From the IMG/VR virus record IMGVR_UViG_3300023184_003735, positions 1 through 64,000 of that record: DNA of 64,000 nt; one strand, written 5' to 3'. The DNA comes from a virus. The translations under genes and the position numbers were made by a program. Shown here piece after piece: positions 8,800 to 15,223 of this stretch. Within the stretch, counting starts at the first letter, position 1. Each line of letters opens with the position of its first letter. The notes beneath the pieces are model-generated. The model was not told where the DNA came from. It saw only the letters and a list, made by a program, of their open reading frames with translations, and did not search any database.

Positions 8800-9140
8800 G
8801 TATCATCCAGATTAATTGGTCATAATTCACCGTATGCACGGTGAACATGAGAGAGCATCATCCGAGTAGCACAGTCATCTAATAGTAATGAGATTGTAGT
8901 TTCCTACGCGGAGGCGGTTGACCGGTACCCCCTACTCAAGCTTCACATATCAACGGAACCCTAGTAACCCGATATTAGATCCAAGTCCTATAAGCATGGG
9001 GTGTATCTTCTTCACAGAGCCCAAACCATTTGTTGCCTTAAGTTAGCAATTGCCTTTGACGCCCAAGTCTAGACCGGGTATTTCACCGTTCTTCAATGGG
9101 GCTGAGCCAAAACACCCAGCACGTTGTCGTGATCGCTGCC
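8800..9140 (-). ncRNA. Candidate large structured non-coding RNA, family not recognised
   Basis: No credible ORF; at least six stems, several of which pair fully only on the minus strand through G-U wobbles; GAAA tetraloop; two long-range complementarities; two ATGAC-N10-GGATGAT boxes. Confidence 0.6.
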
Positions 9141-9142
9141 TA

Positions 9143-10153
9143 TTAAATAATTTTTAAGAGAAAATCTGCGTATAATTTATGCTGTAATGGACCTGGGTGA
9201 TCTTCATCTGAACCCAGATCTTTGAACTGTCTAGCAAGAATATTTAAATCATGTATATAGTTATATTCATACAGATAATGATGGTATTCGGGAACGTTTG
9301 CAAGATATCTGATGACACTCTCACTGGTAAGCAACCCGATTATAACTAATCTTGCCTGGCATTTTTTACAAAAATTGATTGCTCTTTTGATAGAATATAT
9401 ATGATTATAAAACGTGTTTTCTAAAAGTAATGTTTTTTCTGGCACAATAGATTCCAAATTTTTTCCTTCATAACACATACTGGTTATGCCCTTTAACAAT
9501 TTATTTTCGTGTACAAAAGTTAATCTTTCACCGGCGGTGAGTCCCCAAATCACAAGATCACCGGGACGTATGTCAGACCTTGTGATCTGATCAGATGCCC
9601 AATCTATAGCAGATCCATTGCGAGTTAAAAAGCTACATGGTAAATTTAATGCTTCTGCAACATGATACATGTAACGTTCATTTTCTTTGACACCCAATCC
9701 ATGTGTAAAACTGCATCCAACACCCCACAGTTGTGGGTCATCAGTTTTACGAGTATCTACTAGTTCAATTGGATCTGGTACCAAATTGTCGCGATCAAAA
9801 TTATAAATTTTCTTGTCTCTAGGTAAAAATAATAGTAAATTTTCTGTTAAGCCTTGAATACATGTCGTTGGAAAAATTACATCTATGTTTTTTTTATCAG
9901 ACCAGACAACCGGAGGACAATAAAATATATTGTCAGCAAGTAATAATATTTTCAATAATACAGTAGAATCTTTTGGCAAATATCCCAGTGAAGTGTATAT
10001 AGTTGTATCATTAAGTAAATCTTCCTGTAAAATTTTTTTATAGTTATTAGAATCTACTAGGAATGCCGTTGAATCATGTTGTTGGGCAGAAACAACCAGG
10101 CTGTTGTCTGTATCTCCAATAAACACAGTTAACACATAATTTGATTTTTTCAT
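9143..10153 (-). CDS. SGNH/GDSL-hydrolase-like protein with N-terminal extension
   Basis: 336 aa; GCSFTHG block I-like motif and DEDHPG block V-like motif; visibly AT-rich. Confidence 0.65.
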   Translation of the reverse strand: MKKSNYVLTVFIGDTDNSLVVSAQQHDSTAFLVDSNNYKKILQEDLLNDTTIYTSLGYLPKDSTVLLKILLLADNIFYCPPVVWSDKKNIDVIFPTTCIQGLTENLLLFLPRDKKIYNFDRDNLVPDPIELVDTRKTDDPQLWGVGCSFTHGLGVKENERYMYHVAEALNLPCSFLTRNGSAIDWASDQITRSDIRPGDLVIWGLTAGERLTFVHENKLLKGITSMCYEGKNLESIVPEKTLLLENTFYNHIYSIKRAINFCKKCQARLVIIGLLTSESVIRYLANVPEYHHYLYEYNYIHDLNILARQFKDLGSDEDHPGPLQHKLYADFLLKII

Positions 10154-10157
10154 TCTT

Positions 10158-10586
10158 TTAAATTTTGTTTAGTATATGCGAACCATGCACCCGAACTTGT
10201 ATGTGGCCGTTGTAATAATCTCTTGATTCTAAGACTCGTCTTGAAAATTGTTCTCTTGCCTCGATATATGAGCATTCTGATTTAGAGTTACAATAATAAA
10301 GTATTTCTCTGGTAAAGTTTTCGGTGCCTAGTTTGATTACGTCTGCGGTTAATTCTGGGCTTGACCCATAGTACTCTCTCCAATCACTGTCGATCTTGGA
10401 GCGTATCTTCTTGCGCTTCTTTGTGCCGTTTTTTTGTTTTACAGTCCGGTATGTTGTCTTGCTAAATTTTGCTAATTTTTTGCCTATGTACTTGCGTCCA
10501 GTGAGATTACATGTGATCAAGTAAACAAATCCAACACACTCTTCGGGCAATGTCTCAACTGGGGTGTCTTGATATAGCCATGTCAT
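10158..10586 (-). CDS. Stand-alone GIY-YIG family endonuclease
   Basis: 142 aa; GFVYLIT...KYIGKK, YYGSS, Glu helix (YIEAREQ) and YYN; no appended DNA-binding domains; basic insert KQKNGTKKRKKIR. Confidence 0.85.
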   Translation of the reverse strand: MTWLYQDTPVETLPEECVGFVYLITCNLTGRKYIGKKLAKFSKTTYRTVKQKNGTKKRKKIRSKIDSDWREYYGSSPELTADVIKLGTENFTREILYYCNSKSECSYIEAREQFSRRVLESRDYYNGHIQVRVHGSHILNKI

Positions 10587-10617
10587 GTGTTGTATGCGAT
10601 TTATCCTTGCGTTATAG

Positions 10618-11427
10618 TTATCTCCATTGCTGCCAATCTGTTAATTTTTCTATTAAAAAGTTTGCAAATGCATGATTACTGTCAGGACCTGGGTGTAAAT
10701 TGTCATTGCCTTTGTCTAAATAAAAGTCTGTTTTAAATCCTTTATCCAAATTAAGCCAGTTATATGTTAACCCACCAGTATTTTTGTAATCTAAATGAAT
10801 TTTGTCGTATAGTTGAAAATATTCTCTGTCATTTCTAGTTTTGGCATTTAGCGACTGCTGAGTAAGTGGTGTGGTATCACTAGGTAGCCTAGATGGAGAT
10901 ATTATATGTTCAAAGTAATTTTTATCAATACGTAAAATAGAATTAATAAAAAAAACTTTGATGTTAAATCGTGTCGCTGACTGTGCAATTAGTCTAGTGT
11001 AATGTAAAATTTTTAGTATATCATAATGGAAATGTGTTAAATCAAAGAATCTATCTCGAATATTTTCAACATAACTTCCTGGAACAGTAATATTAGGGTT
11101 TATTTTAATATCTTCGATCTTAGATCGTTCCAAATATATCTCTGTTTGGTAAAGTTCAACACTTGGATTTACACACATTCTTTTAGGATTAGTGAACGCA
11201 ACAAAAAAATATTTACATGTTTGGTTGTTTATTATGTTATCCAACGCAGACAAAAATATATCTTCGTTGGTAGCCCCTCCTTTGCCTGCGTTGATCAATT
11301 TGGTTATTGACAATTGTGGAATTGATTGATGTAAAATATTAACCCAAAGATTTGGATCAGAATCTTCTAATTCAAGACCGATGCCTTTTGTATACGAACA
11401 TCCGCAAAAAACTGTTGATTCACTCAT
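10618..11427 (-). CDS. SGNH/GDSL-hydrolase-like protein
   Basis: 269 aa; FCGCSYTKG, NAGKGGATN and DNLHPG motifs; visibly AT-rich. Confidence 0.7.
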   Translation of the reverse strand: MSESTVFCGCSYTKGIGLELEDSDPNLWVNILHQSIPQLSITKLINAGKGGATNEDIFLSALDNIINNQTCKYFFVAFTNPKRMCVNPSVELYQTEIYLERSKIEDIKINPNITVPGSYVENIRDRFFDLTHFHYDILKILHYTRLIAQSATRFNIKVFFINSILRIDKNYFEHIISPSRLPSDTTPLTQQSLNAKTRNDREYFQLYDKIHLDYKNTGGLTYNWLNLDKGFKTDFYLDKGNDNLHPGPDSNHAFANFLIEKLTDWQQWR

Positions 11428-13187
11428 GCTAATTCAACATCCGTGTTGTAACTGGTAAAGCCGTTCTCTTTGATTACTTTGAGAATGTTCTCCACACGTC
11501 CAGCCAGTTCATCTCTATGTGACACAAGCCAGATTGATTTGTGACGTTCACGACTCATCTTCTTCAGCAAAGCCAAGGCGTTCTCTACGCCTTGTGTGTC
11601 CAAGCCGTTGTCGATCAATTCGTCAATGAACAACAAATTAATAGGACTGTATAAACTTTCCCAAACATCGCGGAACGCCCAACTCATACTAAGGATCAGT
11701 CTGTTACGTTCGCCACGACTCAAGTTGTCAAAGTCCAATTCACGACCCAGTTCCTCAATACTCACAGTCAAATCATTTTGGAACTTCACAGTATGTGGCA
11801 ATCCAATGCGATCTAAATAGTGTGTGAGTCTTGCATTTAGATAACTCAAATTCTGATCAATAATCTTCTTGCGCACAAATGAATCTTTTGATGTCAACAG
11901 TTTGAGCAAGAAGTCTTGATGATCTTGAACACGAGTAAGTTCGTTTAAGGCATCGTATGTTACAACTTGTAACGCCTGGCCTTGCATATCTGAGATTTGT
12001 TCTTCATAAGGATCCACATCTGCTTGTCTTGCAGTTAAATCTTTACGTAAAGTTTCAACAGTATTGCGATGATTCAGGGCTTGTTCTAACGAATCATAAA
12101 ACACAGTGGGTGCTGTGCCTAATGTACCAATCTGGGCAATAGTATCCTCATGCCCTTGACGTTGTGTGTCATTGGCTAAAAGTTGTAGTGCTGTTTCTTG
12201 TACCAAGGCCTGTTTGGCCTGTTTTAATTCATCTTGTTTGTCATCGTGTAAGTCTTGCCCACATGAGTGACATCTATGAGCATCTAATGCCACAATCTCA
12301 GTTTTGAGTTTATCTAATAACTTGTTTAGTTTTGTATCGTCTGCGTCAATTTGACGAATGTAACGGGTGGCATCGTCTAAGGCTTTTTTCTTCGCATGAA
12401 ATGCTTCTAGATCTCTATGTGCTTGTACTTCAGCATCAATGTCAATATGTTCAAGGTCTGCAATGGCTTGTTCTAGTTTGCCCACGTCTTCGTCACGTCG
12501 GGCAATCCAAAGACGTTGACGTTTACGCAGACTTTCAATCTGTTCTTCAATACGCTTGTTGGCTTCTTGAACAGCACGTATGCGAAATTCTTCTGCTTGT
12601 ATAGCATCTTTGGTTTGACGATTGAGTTCTTTAATAGCATCGGCACGTTCACTCAGCAAGGTAATGCCCAACAACTGCTCAATAATTGTGCGTTGGTCAT
12701 TGGCTTTCAAACTAAGGAACGGTTCTGTATATGTGTTCAGCGCCAGCACATGTCGGAACATATCGTGGCTCATATTCATCACACGTTCGACAGCATCTTG
12801 TGTTTCTCTTGAATCGCCTTGTGCTTCGTCTTCGGCAGCCCGGTGTTCGTTGTTGACATAAAATCGCAACACGTTGGGTTTACGTCCGCGCTCGATTCTG
12901 TATTCTTGCCCGTTGACTGAGAAGTCCAGACTAACCAACATGTTCTTGCCGTTGGTTTTGTTTACTAGATTGTCTTTGCGGATGTTGCTTAGTGCTTGTC
13001 CATACAGGGCATAACTTAACGCATTGATGATTGTGGTCTTGCCTGTGCCGTTGCGACTACCATCGCCACCTAGATCCAAGTTCTCGCCCAAGACTAAAGT
13101 GAGATCATTACGGTCAAAGTCAATGGCCTGCGTTGCCGCACCCACACTCATAAAGTTCTTAACAGTTAGATTTTTTATGCTTATCAT
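11424..13187 (-). CDS. gp46: Recombination endonuclease ATPase subunit (gp46, SbcC/Rad50-like)
   Basis: Walker A NGTGKT, central CHSC zinc hook, LSRGE signature, Walker B LLFIDE, H-loop VSH. Confidence 0.96.
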   Translation of the reverse strand: MISIKNLTVKNFMSVGAATQAIDFDRNDLTLVLGENLDLGGDGSRNGTGKTTIINALSYALYGQALSNIRKDNLVNKTNGKNMLVSLDFSVNGQEYRIERGRKPNVLRFYVNNEHRAAEDEAQGDSRETQDAVERVMNMSHDMFRHVLALNTYTEPFLSLKANDQRTIIEQLLGITLLSERADAIKELNRQTKDAIQAEEFRIRAVQEANKRIEEQIESLRKRQRLWIARRDEDVGKLEQAIADLEHIDIDAEVQAHRDLEAFHAKKKALDDATRYIRQIDADDTKLNKLLDKLKTEIVALDAHRCHSCGQDLHDDKQDELKQAKQALVQETALQLLANDTQRQGHEDTIAQIGTLGTAPTVFYDSLEQALNHRNTVETLRKDLTARQADVDPYEEQISDMQGQALQVVTYDALNELTRVQDHQDFLLKLLTSKDSFVRKKIIDQNLSYLNARLTHYLDRIGLPHTVKFQNDLTVSIEELGRELDFDNLSRGERNRLILSMSWAFRDVWESLYSPINLLFIDELIDNGLDTQGVENALALLKKMSRERHKSIWLVSHRDELAGRVENILKVIKENGFTSYNTDVELA

Positions 13188-14200
13188 AGTGTCTGGTAAA
13201 TCTTCAACAGTAGTTTGTTGTCGTAAAATTCTGATTCAATGTTGGTAATTTGATCTGTAACAATTTGATCCACAGATTCAAATTTGACTTCGCCAGGAGC
13301 CATGTCTGTATCTACAGATGAATTCTTGTTGGGTATCAAGGCCATCTCTCGCAAGCCATAGTCCCGGATGTAAGTTTCTTTAATGAAGTTGGCCTCTTCA
13401 TATGATATTTCGATGTCTAACTGCACACGCACATGCATGTCTTTTGCAAGCAAGGTGGGTGCGTTGTCAATGATACTGGCTAATCCTAGCACACGATATC
13501 TAGGTTGATCAGGCCAGGCATGATACACAGGAACCTGTCCCCACTCAATGACAGTTAGACCACGATCATCGTCGCCGGCATCTGCATAGTTGTGCGGAAA
13601 GCAATTGCCGATATAGGTAATGTTCTTTTTGGTCTGACGTTTGTGAAAGTGTCCAGTGAACACATGTTCAAAGTTGTTGAAGTCTTCTCTGCGTACTTCG
13701 CCATGATCCGGCATCTCTACCATGGCATTCATCAAGTAGCCGGGCAGTTCAAAATGACCAAACATGTACCGGCCTTTTAGTTTGGGAATACGCTTGTGGT
13801 CATCACCGCATAGCCAAGGTGCAATAACAACGTCACCATTGTCAAACCAATCATTGCAAATATGTACACGAGGGAGATGTTTTGCCCATTCAACACTTTG
13901 GATATCCCTCTTATCGCGATAATAAAGATCATGGTTGCCAGGAATAAAGTACACGCTGTCAAAGTTGTCATTCATGTGCTCCAAGGCCCGTAGGCTGTAG
14001 TTTAGGGTAACAATATTTAGGCTGGCACGGTTGTTGTGCCAATCGCCCAAGAACAAACAGGTTTCACAACCTTCTGCTTTTGCTTTTGCAGTTGCCCATT
14101 TTACAAAGTTCAAGCAGTCTTCGTTGTGTTGAACACTGTTACTTTTTAGGCCAAAGTGAATGTCTGTGAAGACCGCGGCTTTGCGAAATAGGTTAGTCAT
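13184..14200 (-). CDS. gp47: Recombination endonuclease nuclease subunit (gp47, SbcD/Mre11-like)
   Basis: Metallophosphoesterase motifs DIHFG, LGD, GNHD, GHF and GHFH. Confidence 0.96.
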   Translation of the reverse strand: MTNLFRKAAVFTDIHFGLKSNSVQHNEDCLNFVKWATAKAKAEGCETCLFLGDWHNNRASLNIVTLNYSLRALEHMNDNFDSVYFIPGNHDLYYRDKRDIQSVEWAKHLPRVHICNDWFDNGDVVIAPWLCGDDHKRIPKLKGRYMFGHFELPGYLMNAMVEMPDHGEVRREDFNNFEHVFTGHFHKRQTKKNITYIGNCFPHNYADAGDDDRGLTVIEWGQVPVYHAWPDQPRYRVLGLASIIDNAPTLLAKDMHVRVQLDIEISYEEANFIKETYIRDYGLREMALIPNKNSSVDTDMAPGEVKFESVDQIVTDQITNIESEFYDNKLLLKIYQTL

Positions 14201-14212
14201 CCCGCTATTATA

Positions 14213-15109
14213 CTACTCATCAAGACTACTTACGACCGGTCCGGACATGGCAGCCATGCTGTGTTTGCCCGAGTTCTGACGAGTCCATGAAGGATTGAGT
14301 CCGTTCATTTCCAAAATGTCATCACGTATGTTTTGATTTTTCTTTTCAATGTTTAGGATACGAGTGAAACTATTAGTGATAGCGGCAGTATAATACGCAA
14401 AAGGGTTCTGCGATTTTGATTCATCGAACTGGAGTCCGATTTGACTGAGTTGTAGCAGGGCTTGTCCCCGCATTTCTTCGTTGTATGTGTATCCACGCCA
14501 GTTACTCCTTGTTGCATATCTTTCGCACAGTTTCATAAACATCAAGGCCAGTTTCTTGGTCATGTCGCCGTGATCTTTGGAAAATTCCCCAGTGGCCAAA
14601 TCGCCTTTCCAATGACTGCGTCCCACGATGAATGGTTTCTTTTCTTCATCAATACGATAGTGTTCAAACGGTGGGAAGTTCACACGCACATGATTCATGT
14701 CCAGTACAGGCACATCCACAATGTCCGCTAGTGGATCATCTTCGGTGGCATCATCCAAATCCAAAATTTCTTCTAACTTTCGTTTTTTGGCTTCGGCTTT
14801 GGTTATTTTTTTGGGTGCCCGGGGTATGTGATCCCAGCAGGTGATTCGGAACACAATGTCTGTGTTGGGTATCTTCTTAGGGTCTACAATAGTGCCTTCG
14901 CGCTTGAGTCGATCTGCTCGGTTACGTCTTGCTTCTGCTATAGTACGCTGATTGATCTTGTCTATTGACGGCAAAATAATATCAAATTGATGATCCATTG
15001 CTCGGTCTTGGTACCAGCAGTAGTTGTTTTTACTGAGGTGAATTTCTTTTAAGATGTCTCTGTTGTTGAGATAATTGACACGGGGTGCCGCTTTTGGTAG
15101 TAAAGTCAT
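14213..15109 (-). CDS. gp55: Late transcription sigma factor (gp55-like) with internal insertion
   Basis: YLNN, NWRGYTYNEEM and FD..KSQNPFAYYT motifs; conserved 55-47-46 gene order; AGGAG RBS. Confidence 0.9.
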   Translation of the reverse strand: MTLLPKAAPRVNYLNNRDILKEIHLSKNNYCWYQDRAMDHQFDIILPSIDKINQRTIAEARRNRADRLKREGTIVDPKKIPNTDIVFRITCWDHIPRAPKKITKAEAKKRKLEEILDLDDATEDDPLADIVDVPVLDMNHVRVNFPPFEHYRIDEEKKPFIVGRSHWKGDLATGEFSKDHGDMTKKLALMFMKLCERYATRSNWRGYTYNEEMRGQALLQLSQIGLQFDESKSQNPFAYYTAAITNSFTRILNIEKKNQNIRDDILEMNGLNPSWTRQNSGKHSMAAMSGPVVSSLDE

Positions 15110-15137
15110 GTCGGACTAGGTCTCCTAATATGTACTT

Positions 15138-15165
15138 ATTGTAGCACATTTACAACACTTGTCAA
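15138..15165 (-). promoter_or_regulatory. Sigma70-type promoter driving the gp55-47-46 unit
   Basis: TTGACA (15165-15160), 16-nt spacer ending TGC, TACAAT (15143-15138). Confidence 0.75.
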
Positions 15166-15182
15166 CCTGTTTGTTAAAATAC

Positions 15183-15205
15183 GCCGTTTTAGAAATGGGT
15201 AAATA
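15183..15205 (+). promoter_or_regulatory. Late promoter (GTAAATA) with upstream GCCGTTTT element
   Basis: TAAATA at 15200-15205; GCCGTTTT starts 17 nt upstream, the same arrangement as at 25139-25161. Confidence 0.55.
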
Positions 15206-15223
15206 AGTGATAGGAATAACAAA

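Noticed and set aside
8622-8825. 67-aa ORF extending into the intergenic element
   Set aside because: It overlaps the 111-aa gene out of frame and runs through hairpins and a poly-T tract; it is not protein-like.
8800-9140. tRNA, tmRNA, RNase P, group I/II intron or hammerhead ribozyme
   Set aside because: I found no cloverleaf with a TTC T-loop, no GAGGAAAGUCC, no P7 or domain V signature, and the element does not interrupt a gene. GGAUGAU differs from the hammerhead CUGAUGA core.
10158-10586. Mobile homing endonuclease or intron
   Set aside because: There is no C-terminal DNA-binding module and no interrupted host gene; it looks like a resident stand-alone nuclease.
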